Positions 1 through 8,267 of a DNA stretch of 64,000 nucleotides are shown one piece after another. Origin of the DNA: a virus. Lineage: Duplodnaviria > Caudoviricetes. The notes beneath the pieces were generated by a model, which saw only the letters and a list, made by a program, of their open reading frames with translations, made no database searches and was not told where the DNA came from. Position 1 is the first letter of the stretch. Each line of letters begins with the position of its first letter. Both the position numbers and the translations under genes were made by a program. Where the stretch lies: positions 1 through 64,000 of IMG/VR virus record IMGVR_UViG_3300030330_005435; one strand, given 5' to 3'.

Positions 1-60
1 GCCCTCTGCCAACACGTTCTCTCGAACATACTTAAACCAATTGTCGGTATAAATTTCCAT
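1..60 (-). CDS. 5' end of a gene running off the window edge (MEIYTDNWFKYVRENVLAEG...), probable virion/head-associated protein
   Basis: ATG at 58-60, GAGG Shine-Dalgarno upstream, CTATTTA motif at 82-88; N-terminus resembles that of the 63383-63961 protein. Confidence 0.55.
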   Translation of the reverse strand, partial: MEIYTDNWFKYVRENVLAEG

Positions 61-100
61 TAATTTACCTCTTTAACACAATAAATAGTCATCTTTATAA

Positions 101-856
101 CTAACCGCTGGCAAAAAGGTCAGTCTTGAGAAGTGCGGCAGTATCTTGCCAACAATCAACCTCAATCGCTTCGCCGTTAGGGTGTTTACGCAGAGCCTCT
201 GCTAATGCATAATCATTACCAGGAAAAGGAATACGATCCCCAACAAACACTATACGATGATCTTTAAGCTTATCTTCAAAGTGTTTTATAACCTGCGACT
301 TGTCGTTGCCTTTGTTGAATATGTCAATACTGACTGCGCCACCAATTACAAAGTCAAGTTTGGAATATTTACTGGACAATTTTTTTACGATTTGCTCTCT
401 TTCTTTATGTTGCTTGTCGTAGGCTGCATATTCTTTTCTCTGCTCGGGTGTCGCGTCCAAGCCAACAATAGAAAAGTTTACCATGCCTGTCCGTTCTTCG
501 TAGTGTCTGCCGACGTTTGTGTGATAATTGGAACTCATAACACACCTCTCTAATTCGCTGAAGAATAACTTTGGCTTGGCTACGGTAAATTTGTTTTTAT
601 ATTGTAGTGCCCACGAACTGTAGCCGTCAATGTCTTTTATCTTTTTGTAGTGTGCGTTGCCCATGCAACTAAATACACCTTTTGTTTGCTCAATGATTTT
701 GCGAGTAAGCTGATCGATAAGGCGAGGGAACGAGCCGCCAGAAACTATATAGACCTCTTTGTCTTTCTGCCAGTTGTAAAAAGTTTTGGCAAACCCTTGA
801 TCAATCTTGCTTTTTGCGGGCGTTAGAGTACCATCTACATCGAATATATATATCAT
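101..856 (-). CDS. HAD-IIB family phosphomannomutase (eukaryotic PMM-like)
   Basis: FDVDGTLTP nucleophile motif, VSGGS, ERTGMVNFSIVG, GGAVSIDIF, FVGDR..PGND; start reassigned to MIYIFD (ATGA overlap with upstream stop). Confidence 0.85.
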   Translation of the reverse strand: MIYIFDVDGTLTPAKSKIDQGFAKTFYNWQKDKEVYIVSGGSFPRLIDQLTRKIIEQTKGVFSCMGNAHYKKIKDIDGYSSWALQYKNKFTVAKPKLFFSELERCVMSSNYHTNVGRHYEERTGMVNFSIVGLDATPEQRKEYAAYDKQHKEREQIVKKLSSKYSKLDFVIGGAVSIDIFNKGNDKSQVIKHFEDKLKDHRIVFVGDRIPFPGNDYALAEALRKHPNGEAIEVDCWQDTAALLKTDLFASG

Positions 857-1203
857 CTCCAAAACAGTTGTACCCCTACGATCATAAACGAAAGCGCAAC
901 ACAAATCATTGTCTTGGTGGTGAACATACTCTCATGTAAAAAATACCATGTTAGTAATGGAAAAGTGAAATATGACATGCTGAATATCAGAAATCTAGGG
1001 CCCCATACTTCGCCCCATTCTTCATAACAAAGTTTGATACCGTACCAAAAGCATATGCCTGTTGGCACCGAAAACAAAACTGCCGCCATCAACGGTTTAT
1101 CTTTCCACCAATCCCACACAAATTGTGAGTTTAATTGAAACCAGCCAAGTGTTTGCCCAAGCGCGAATAAAAGGCACGCGAATATAATATTAAAAGTTGG
1201 CAA
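853..1203 (-). CDS. Small 4-TM membrane protein, SMR/DMT (EamA half)-like
   Basis: Four hydrophobic segments; C-terminal WYFLHE.MFTTKTMICVALS resembles the DMT 'FFGE.LT' signature; TTG start. Confidence 0.55.
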   Translation of the reverse strand: MPTFNIIFACLLFALGQTLGWFQLNSQFVWDWWKDKPLMAAVLFSVPTGICFWYGIKLCYEEWGEVWGPRFLIFSMSYFTFPLLTWYFLHESMFTTKTMICVALSFMIVGVQLFWR

Positions 1204-1948
1204 TTAAAATTTCCTTTGCATCTTGCTCGTTTGTGACGTTACCGTGCTGATTTATAAAATACATTTTATCACAAATTTTAGAGTAATTGTTGATAACGTG
1301 TGGTGCATTTTTGTATATTATTGCTGTATTTTTGTCTGTGTTTTTAAAATAATCGAGCAGTTCTGCGTGGTTTAGTTGTGTTTCTTCGAGGCCATAACTT
1401 TTTCCCTCTTCAAATAAATTTAATGAATATTTGCCGGCATTAATAATCTGGTAATCTCCCCGAGACATTGCGAGAGAGTCGATAATGTTTCCACCATCAA
1501 ATATTAAAAAAAAGTTTTCTGGCTTTCTAAATGTTTTTAAAACTGCTAAATCGGATTTATTAAGTTCGCTGGATTCCATGGAGCCGAATGATACTGCACC
1601 ATCCGATGAGCATTTATTCAAAAAGTAAAACAACGCTGAACGTATATATTGGTCTTTATACTTGGCAAAATTTTCCTGCAAAAAGGGGAATTCTTTTTCG
1701 TCAAATTTAAAAAATTCAGTGCTGACAATTTCATAAATTTTGTCTGGGTTTTCCAATAGGCACATCCAAAACTCATAAATTACATATTGTGTCGTATGGG
1801 CACATACAAACCTATTATATTTGGACAACATCATTTCAAGTTGGCCACTGAAAAACATATAGCTGTCAATTACAGACCCTTCGGGTATTATTTTCAAGAT
1901 CTGCGCTAAGGTGCTTGTTTCATGTATTTTATTCTTTAGCAATATCAT
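1190..1948 (-). CDS. Degenerate D12-class (Dam-like) DNA adenine methyltransferase fold, probably inactive
   Basis: ALFYFLNKCSSDG resembles Dam 'FxYLNRxxFNG'; the DPPY position reads NAGKY; start uncertain (1948 or 1972). Confidence 0.5.
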   Translation of the reverse strand: MILLKNKIHETSTLAQILKIIPEGSVIDSYMFFSGQLEMMLSKYNRFVCAHTTQYVIYEFWMCLLENPDKIYEIVSTEFFKFDEKEFPFLQENFAKYKDQYIRSALFYFLNKCSSDGAVSFGSMESSELNKSDLAVLKTFRKPENFFLIFDGGNIIDSLAMSRGDYQIINAGKYSLNLFEEGKSYGLEETQLNHAELLDYFKNTDKNTAIIYKNAPHVINNYSKICDKMYFINQHGNVTNEQDAKEILIANF

Positions 1949-2345
1949 TATGAGCGCTATTTTGTTGTTCAAACACTTCTTTGAAATTGTTGATGTGTTT
2001 TTCTAATTGATCAATATCAACTTCGCCTGGTTCATAAAGTGACGCGGTTGGAACATCATGCATCTGCTGTTGTGACTGCTCATCAATACCTGATTTGTGT
2101 GCAACGTAACCTTTTATGATATTTTGTATGTCCTGCAGCGCATAGTCAATATTCATAAGCGCAAGGCGTGCTTTTTCTACACACTCCATATTGTCCATTG
2201 TCAGTATATTTTCTGCTTCAGCTAATTCAGATAAGATACATGTGGACAGCTTTGATTGATCATGCGCTTTTTTAACTAACCTTAATGTTTCGTTTGGTAG
2301 TTCGTCTATGTCGACTGTATATTGTAAGTTTACTCTTTGTCCCAT
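1929..2345 (-). CDS. Hypothetical coiled-coil protein
   Basis: 138-aa ORF with GAGG RBS, in operon. Confidence 0.7.
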   Translation of the reverse strand: MGQRVNLQYTVDIDELPNETLRLVKKAHDQSKLSTCILSELAEAENILTMDNMECVEKARLALMNIDYALQDIQNIIKGYVAHKSGIDEQSQQQMHDVPTASLYEPGEVDIDQLEKHINNFKEVFEQQNSAHNDIAKE

Positions 2346-2346
2346 G

Positions 2347-2640
2347 TTAACCTCTTAAAAGTTGCTTATTTGTGTTTAGTGAGCGCTCAACGATATCAGG
2401 TGCACCAACAACAATTATTTCAGTACCTGTATGACCGCGATTAATTGTTAATTTTGTAAACCTATGATTTGTGTTCAGACCTTCCGTGAGCGGTATGCTT
2501 TCATTAATCTCTTGTAGTCTTGCATCTTCGCGAATCATCACGACATGTTCAGGATTTATAAAAACTTCTCTCAAAGTATAGTCATTTTGTTTTGTTGTGA
2601 GCGCGTTATTTCTGCACACTTCTGTTAGTCTTACTAACAT
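2347..2640 (-). CDS. Hypothetical protein, weak FlbD/SwrD-like pattern
   Basis: GGAGG RBS before MLVRLTE; 'VFINPEHVVMIRE...TKLTI...IIVVG..DIV' pattern. Confidence 0.45.
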   Translation of the reverse strand: MLVRLTEVCRNNALTTKQNDYTLREVFINPEHVVMIREDARLQEINESIPLTEGLNTNHRFTKLTINRGHTGTEIIVVGAPDIVERSLNTNKQLLRG

Positions 2641-2855
2641 GTTTCCTCCATTGGGTAAATGCATTTTAAAGAAACAGATTTTTCTTGGCCGTTTGTAAAA
2701 ATTCTACACGTGTTAAATGCGTCCATCTTAAGAAAAACACCAGTTATAGGCTTTTGCGTCTTATAATATTTTACGCCCGTTGTTCCTTCTTCAAAGTCCC
2801 ACAGATCCACATCTTGTGGTATATATATTAGATCGCCCGCTCTTATAGTAGTCAT
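2634..2855 (-). CDS. Small hypothetical protein (possible SH3/KOW-like barrel)
   Basis: 73-aa ORF directly after groEL; IRAGDLIYI start motif. Confidence 0.55.
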   Translation of the reverse strand: MTTIRAGDLIYIPQDVDLWDFEEGTTGVKYYKTQKPITGVFLKMDAFNTCRIFTNGQEKSVSLKCIYPMEETC

Positions 2856-2857
2856 AA

Positions 2858-4438
2858 TTAATCCGTCTGTATAATACCGTAATTAGTAGTAATTAGGGTA
2901 CCGGCACAACTGGCGGCGTTTTGTAGAGCGGTTCTGGTTACCTTTACAGGGTCAACAATGCCCGCGTCAAACAACTCAGACAGTTCGTGGCGCTTAAAAT
3001 CCCAACCATAATCTGTGTCGTGTCCTTTTTCAAGAATTTTAGAAATGATTATATCCGCTGATGAATGTCCTGAATTGACAGCCATTTGTCTAAGCGGCTC
3101 GCGGCACGCGACCTGTATAACCGATGCACCCAGTGCCTGATCAGCACTATCGGCTGTTATAACTAATGAACTACTGGCGCGCAAAAGCGAGGCGCCACCC
3201 CCAGGCAAAATGCCTTCATCAAGTGCCGATTTTACAGCCTCAAGCGCATCTTCAATACGATGCTTTCTTTCTGTCATCTCTACCTCTGTAGAGCCACCAA
3301 CGCGTATTACTGCTACGCCTGAAGATAATCTCACAACACGGCCTTGAATTCTTTCGCACTCGTCAATAGACTCTGTTTCTTCTATTTGTGTTTTAAGGCT
3401 TTCAATTTTTGTTTCAACCGTTTCAAAGTCACATTCACCTCCAACAATGGTGGTGAAATACTTGCTACATTCAATAGATTTTGCACTTCCGAGATCCGCC
3501 AAAGTCACCTCATTTAATTTTGTACCACTTTCGCGTGTAATAAAGTTAGCCCCTGTGGAAAGTGCTAGATCTTCTAATAAATCTCTGCGTTCTTCTCCGT
3601 AATGCGGAGCCTTGATTGCTGCGATCTTGAGTGTGCCTCGCATGGCGTTCATAATCATAGCCGCCAGTGCTTGGCCTTCAATTTCTTCTGCAACAAATAT
3701 TAACGGCCTACCTTCTCTCGCGGCCATTTCAAGCACGGGCATGATAGGTTCGACAGCAGAAACCTTATAGTCAGTAACTAAAATAAGTGGGTCTTCGTGC
3801 GACATGGCGGCGCGGCGCTCATCTGTCACGAAAGCTGCCGCGGCGTATCCTGACTGAAAGCGAAAACCTTCTGTAATGTCAATCGAAGTTTCAAGCGAGC
3901 GAGATTCTTCAATTGTGATCGAGCCGTCTTGTCCTACTTTATCGACTGCCATGGCGATGAGCTTGCCGATAGTGGGATCATTGTTGGCCGATATGGTCGC
4001 AATGTGCTCGATATCGTCGATACTACGAATAGGGTGTGCTAAATCTTTTAAATTATTAACAACTTCATCAACAGCCAATAAAATACCACGCTGTAGTTCG
4101 GTGGGAGATACACCAGAAGCAATAAATCTCTGTGATTCTCTCAAGATTGCTCTCGCTAGCACTGTTGCTGTGGTCGTACCATCGCCAGCATCAGCATTTG
4201 TTTGAACCGCTGCTTGTTTGATAACCTGAACCGCTGCATTCTCGATGGGATCTTCTAAGGCCACAAAATGTGCCACTGTTACCCCATCTTTTGTAACAAA
4301 CGGTGTTTTACCTTTTTCTTGTAGCAGAACATTGCGACCTCTCGGGCCAAGTGTTGAGGCTACATTGTCTGCTAAAATGTTTGCCCCTCTCATAATCTTT
4401 TGTTGTAATGTTTGATTGTCGTCGTATTCTCGACTCAT
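2858..4438 (-). CDS. groL: Chaperonin GroEL (Cpn60)
   Basis: TLGPRGRNV, TKDGVTVA, AGDGTTTAT, GGVAVIRVGG, GIVDPVKVTR; no GGM tail. Confidence 0.98.
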   Translation of the reverse strand: MSREYDDNQTLQQKIMRGANILADNVASTLGPRGRNVLLQEKGKTPFVTKDGVTVAHFVALEDPIENAAVQVIKQAAVQTNADAGDGTTTATVLARAILRESQRFIASGVSPTELQRGILLAVDEVVNNLKDLAHPIRSIDDIEHIATISANNDPTIGKLIAMAVDKVGQDGSITIEESRSLETSIDITEGFRFQSGYAAAAFVTDERRAAMSHEDPLILVTDYKVSAVEPIMPVLEMAAREGRPLIFVAEEIEGQALAAMIMNAMRGTLKIAAIKAPHYGEERRDLLEDLALSTGANFITRESGTKLNEVTLADLGSAKSIECSKYFTTIVGGECDFETVETKIESLKTQIEETESIDECERIQGRVVRLSSGVAVIRVGGSTEVEMTERKHRIEDALEAVKSALDEGILPGGGASLLRASSSLVITADSADQALGASVIQVACREPLRQMAVNSGHSSADIIISKILEKGHDTDYGWDFKRHELSELFDAGIVDPVKVTRTALQNAASCAGTLITTNYGIIQTD

Positions 4439-4460
4439 TAGTACCTCGAAGTTATATTAT

Positions 4461-4489
4461 ATTATAATCTCTTTTGATAATTATGTCAA
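4461..4489 (-). promoter_or_regulatory. Consensus sigma70 promoter for groEL operon
   Basis: TTGACA-17 nt-TATAAT. Confidence 0.9.
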
Positions 4490-5772
4490 GCACTTTCTTC
4501 ATCATCTGGCTGTTGAAGTTGTGCTTGAAGAGTTTGTTGAATATCAATAGAATCTTGAATAGCTTTTTCCCCTGAGTTGATTGCTGTGCTTCTCTTTTCC
4601 ACAAGGAAGTAGCGATTGATATTGTCAGACAAGGCCTTGGTTGCATTAAACAATTGCATTACTTCTTCGTTTAATTTATCCATGTGCATTCTTGCAACTT
4701 TTACAATTTGCTCTTCAGAGTATGGCAACGTGCCTAACGTAGTAACACCCAGCAGATCTTTAAAGGTACCAGACGATAGTTGAGGCACCGACAGCTTCCA
4801 TTGATAACCACCATCGCCTTTGCCACCTTCATTGATGGGCTCTTGTTGCGGTTCCTGTGGGAGTTCGGCGTCAGTTTCCTGGTCCACCTGTTTGTTTAAT
4901 CTTTTTTGTCGGACATTTTTACTATATCCTTTGGTTTGTTGCAACAAATCATACCTTTCAGGCCAGGTTTCTTTTGACATAATAAGTTTAATTGAATCTT
5001 CGTTGCTTAAGTCCGTGCCCCGAATTTGTAATATATCTGTCTTTCTGGCTCCACCTTTCGCTGTCATAATAAATGCTTTCATAAAATTTTCTTGAGTGAA
5101 TGTAAATTTTTCAATCGTCATGGCACCAGTGTTTTTATCTTTTCTGGCAACAATATATACCATCTTGCCAAACTCATCTAGTCCATCTACCAAGTTTGTA
5201 AAACTTCCCTCAACTACTGTTTTGGGACCAAGTAATTTAAGACTAATTGGCATAGCTTTGTCAGTGCCTTCAAAACCAATTAAATCTTGAATTGGTAGGT
5301 TGCCTTTTGCAGAAATTTCAGCTTCTTGGGTACCTTGAAGCAGTGCAGCTAGCCATCCTTCAAATACAAAACCCGCAGACGACGCATTGAAACTGCCGAT
5401 GACCGCTTTTAATGATTCCAGAATAATAATTGAGGATATGATGCGCCGCGGCGATGTAATTTTATTGTTTGGATCCACAATTCTCTGAAGGAATTGAAGC
5501 TTGCCTTCCACTGTGCGGCCACCACCGATAGCATTAAACAATTTGGTAATCTGTTGTCTCTCCATCGAGTTTGGATCACCCCAGGCTTCTGTTGGGGTGA
5601 ACTTAGGTAAGGATAGTACAAATTCTTTTGCTTTATCTGCTGCCATTTCAGTTACAAGTGGCTTAGTTGAAGATTCCATAATGGCGCTATACACCATATC
5701 CAAAATCTGATCATCATCTTTTGGCTTCTGTTCCCGTACCTCAATAAACATATCTTTCAAATAATCGCCCAT
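4486..5772 (-). CDS. Hypothetical 428-aa protein, possible PD-(D/E)XK-like domain
   Basis: Long ORF; GFVFEGWL...IQDL...ISLKLL pattern. Confidence 0.6.
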   Translation of the reverse strand: MGDYLKDMFIEVREQKPKDDDQILDMVYSAIMESSTKPLVTEMAADKAKEFVLSLPKFTPTEAWGDPNSMERQQITKLFNAIGGGRTVEGKLQFLQRIVDPNNKITSPRRIISSIIILESLKAVIGSFNASSAGFVFEGWLAALLQGTQEAEISAKGNLPIQDLIGFEGTDKAMPISLKLLGPKTVVEGSFTNLVDGLDEFGKMVYIVARKDKNTGAMTIEKFTFTQENFMKAFIMTAKGGARKTDILQIRGTDLSNEDSIKLIMSKETWPERYDLLQQTKGYSKNVRQKRLNKQVDQETDAELPQEPQQEPINEGGKGDGGYQWKLSVPQLSSGTFKDLLGVTTLGTLPYSEEQIVKVARMHMDKLNEEVMQLFNATKALSDNINRYFLVEKRSTAINSGEKAIQDSIDIQQTLQAQLQQPDDEESA

Positions 5773-5782
5773 CTATAAAACC

Positions 5783-6403
5783 TCATATAATTTCATCAGC
5801 AATGCCTAATTCCACCGCTTCTTCTGCTGATAAATAGACGTTAACTTTACGTTCTAGCATATTTTTTAATTTAACTCTCGTCAGTCTTGTCTCGGATATT
5901 AAAGCATCGCAATACATGTCTTGCAATTGTTCAATAGCTTCCATTTCGTTCATCATGTTATGTAGGGCACCATGGTTACCTCCCATGACAGAATGTATCA
6001 TAACGCGGCAGTTCTTACCAATATAGCGGTGCCCCTTGGTTCCTGCTGCCAGTAATAGAACGCCAGCAGACATAACCTTTCCAAGACCTACTGTATGTAT
6101 TTCGGTGCTGCTTCTTATATTTCTCATTAAGTCGTACATAGCGAACATATCATCTGCATTACCGCCATAAGTTGACAGGTAAAATGTAATAGGTCTTAGA
6201 TTATCTTGTTCAGCTTGTAAATTCAATTCATTGAAGTATAAAATACTCTGAATAATCTCTGCAACTTTTTCATCGTTTACATCGGCAAACAACCCAACAA
6301 CTCTCATGTCTGGCTCTTGTGGTCCCAGCGAGGCTGGGTCCAATATAACCACCTTCTTTTCTTCTTCAGGTCCAGAAATTATATCTTTAATCTTTTTTAT
6401 CAT
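5783..6403 (-). CDS. clpP: ClpP-family protease subunit (copy 1)
   Basis: STYGG, GKVMSAG (Ser), MIH (His), YLSAEEAVELGIADEI; catalytic Asp apparently replaced. Confidence 0.9.
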   Translation of the reverse strand: MIKKIKDIISGPEEEKKVVILDPASLGPQEPDMRVVGLFADVNDEKVAEIIQSILYFNELNLQAEQDNLRPITFYLSTYGGNADDMFAMYDLMRNIRSSTEIHTVGLGKVMSAGVLLLAAGTKGHRYIGKNCRVMIHSVMGGNHGALHNMMNEMEAIEQLQDMYCDALISETRLTRVKLKNMLERKVNVYLSAEEAVELGIADEII

Positions 6404-6794
6404 ATATTAGCTCCTTTGGAATTTCTCGTTTGTATTTAGCAATAAACATCATTGCCTCGTCCCAAGTCTCAAAATGTTCAAGTACTTTAAGATACTCAGG
6501 AATCGGCTTATTTATAGCATTTATTGATTGTTTTTTGAAAAAGTCAATGTCATTTTGGATGAATATTTTAAATGCTGCTATTTCGCTATCGCTAGCACCT
6601 TTTTCTTCAAGCTGTAAAACACCAAATGTTTTCACGTATGAATACTTTTCTATTGCGCGCAACAACATCAGCAGGACTGTCAATTTGCCGTGAAGAAAGA
6701 TTAATGAACCAGTCTTTGTAGCAATGTATGTGTGAAAAGTTCTGTGTGTTGCATACCCAAATATGAACACCAAAAGATATAATAATAATTCCAA
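6387..6794 (-). CDS. Hypothetical membrane-anchored protein
   Basis: N-terminal hydrophobic helix; own sigma70 promoter. Confidence 0.65.
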   Translation of the reverse strand: MELLLYLLVFIFGYATHRTFHTYIATKTGSLIFLHGKLTVLLMLLRAIEKYSYVKTFGVLQLEEKGASDSEIAAFKIFIQNDIDFFKKQSINAINKPIPEYLKVLEHFETWDEAMMFIAKYKREIPKELIYDKKD

Positions 6795-6803
6795 AGCTTC
6801 ACC

Positions 6804-6840
6804 AAAAAAATAACCACCAGTAACTAGTACAGGTGGTTAT
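6804..6840 (-). terminator. Intrinsic terminator after acidic protein gene
   Basis: ATAACCACC / GGTGGTTAT 9-bp stem followed by a T run on the minus strand. Confidence 0.75.
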
Positions 6841-6869
6841 ATTATAATTACTCTTTTTAACTTTGTCAA
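6841..6869 (-). promoter_or_regulatory. Consensus sigma70 promoter
   Basis: TTGACA-17 nt-TATAAT. Confidence 0.9.
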
Positions 6870-6870
6870 G

Positions 6871-7617
6871 TTATTTTGTAAGTCTTTTCATTATTCTTTC
6901 GGCAAGAGCGTCGACCATTTGTTCTTTTCGGTTTTGCGTTTGGAGCCTCTGTGCAACGCGGCGCGCCACTTCAGCTACCAAATCATCTTCGGAAGATTCT
7001 TCCAATTCTTCTTCTTCCATCATAGGCTCTTCTTCATCGTCTTCCATGCCCATCGCCATTTCTGGCTCTGCGGCTGGTTCGTCATCAAGCGCTGGTTCTG
7101 GCATTGCGTCCATATCACCCCCTTCCATGCCATCATCTTCTCCAGCTTCAACGGATACTTGATCTTCAATACCAAGCGCTTGTGCTACTGCTCGTACAAC
7201 ATCAGCCATTACTTCTTCGCGGGCTGCGTCATCCATACCGCCCATGTCCATATCGTCTGCGGGAGCGTCCATATCCATATCCATTTCGGCATCACCCATG
7301 TCATCAGCAGCCGCATCCATGTCCATTTCTGCGTCGTCCATCATTTCATCTTCGTCGCGGTCCATGGCTCCGCGCATTTCATCAATTTCGTCTTCGTCAC
7401 GATCCATAACTTTGCCGCCGCGGCCCTCTTCGACTTCTTCAGCTTGTTCTTCAAGTTCCTCATCTTCAGTCATTTCTTTTTTGTGATCTTCTTTATCACG
7501 GTTTCCAGGTGGGGTACCATACATTTCCTCAATCTTGGCTGCGCCAAGTGGTTCCAAGTTAGCCAACTTCATGAATTGACGAATCTCGGATTCTGTTAAC
7601 AAAGTCTTACGAGCCAT
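6871..7617 (-). CDS. Highly acidic D/E/M-rich low-complexity protein, probable internal head/scaffold-like protein
   Basis: AGGAG RBS before MARKTLLTES; MDRDED and MDMD repeats; CTATTTA motif at 7654-7660. Confidence 0.7.
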   Translation of the reverse strand: MARKTLLTESEIRQFMKLANLEPLGAAKIEEMYGTPPGNRDKEDHKKEMTEDEELEEQAEEVEEGRGGKVMDRDEDEIDEMRGAMDRDEDEMMDDAEMDMDAAADDMGDAEMDMDMDAPADDMDMGGMDDAAREEVMADVVRAVAQALGIEDQVSVEAGEDDGMEGGDMDAMPEPALDDEPAAEPEMAMGMEDDEEEPMMEEEELEESSEDDLVAEVARRVAQRLQTQNRKEQMVDALAERIMKRLTK

Positions 7618-7680
7618 TATAAAATCTCCTTGTTTATTCAAATAAACTCAAAATAAATAGTCTTAATGTGCTATAAACAC

Positions 7681-7941
7681 CTAAAAAAATGAGTTCAGCG
7701 ATGTCGTATGTTTCCTAATCTTACTTAGTGCTTTAGTTTCTATTTGTTTTATTCTTGCAAAAGAAAGATGCAGCCTTTCGGCAATTTGTCTTAATGTCAT
7801 AGAACCGTTGCGCTTCACAGATACCAAAGAGCAGTTATTTTCCTTCGAAAAATCTATCCAATGTTTGCAGTCTGTGTGTGGGCAAGCAACGTTAAGTTCT
7901 ACACACTTACGTGAGCATGCTAATAATCCGTCGCCTCTCAT
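7681..7941 (-). CDS. Sigma70 region-4 HTH protein with Cys-rich N-terminus
   Basis: MTLRQIAERLHLSFARIKQIETKALSKIR is a region 4.2 pattern; five Cys in the N-terminal half. Confidence 0.8.
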   Translation of the reverse strand: MRGDGLLACSRKCVELNVACPHTDCKHWIDFSKENNCSLVSVKRNGSMTLRQIAERLHLSFARIKQIETKALSKIRKHTTSLNSFF

Positions 7942-8267
7942 AAATCTGGATGTTCCTCTGCAATTAGGTCAAAGATGTTTTCTATCTCTGAGTCTTCAAA
8001 CGCTAAATCTTTCATCAATTCTTTTCCTTTGTTTTTTAATTTATTTATCTTGCTTGTTTTGGACTTAGACTGTCCACTGTTTTCAGAAATAAACTCAAAT
8101 AGCCTGTCATCGTCGTCAATAAATCCAGTAATAATTAAGCGAAAGAATTTTGATTGTGTAATCCCAACCTCTCGCAATTTCATCATAAACTGTGCGTGTC
8201 GATTATCGTTTTCTGTAAAAACAATACGCTTGTTTAAATTACCATAGTCTATATCAGGCATCACCAC
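7938..8267 (-). CDS. Hypothetical protein, possible ribbon-helix-helix-like regulator
   Basis: RIVF..NDNRHAQFMMKL...ITQSKFFRLII pattern; coupled to the sigma4 gene. Confidence 0.45.
   Translation of the reverse strand: MVMPDIDYGNLNKRIVFTENDNRHAQFMMKLREVGITQSKFFRLIITGFIDDDDRLFEFISENSGQSKSKTSKINKLKNKGKELMKDLAFEDSEIENIFDLIAEEHPDL

Noticed and set aside
4452-4646. 64-aa minus-strand ORF overlapping the 428-aa gene end
   Set aside because: Alternate frame spanning the groEL promoter; no RBS
7200-7440. Short repeats (GATATGGAC/ATGGAC-type) suggesting an array
   Set aside because: Codon-level repeats of MDMD/MDRDED within a protein; no constant repeat with unique spacers, so not CRISPR
6919-7599. 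Plus-strand ORFs of 226, 101 and 80 aa over the acidic protein
   Set aside because: Antisense shadows of a low-complexity minus-strand gene; no RBS, odd Phe/His composition
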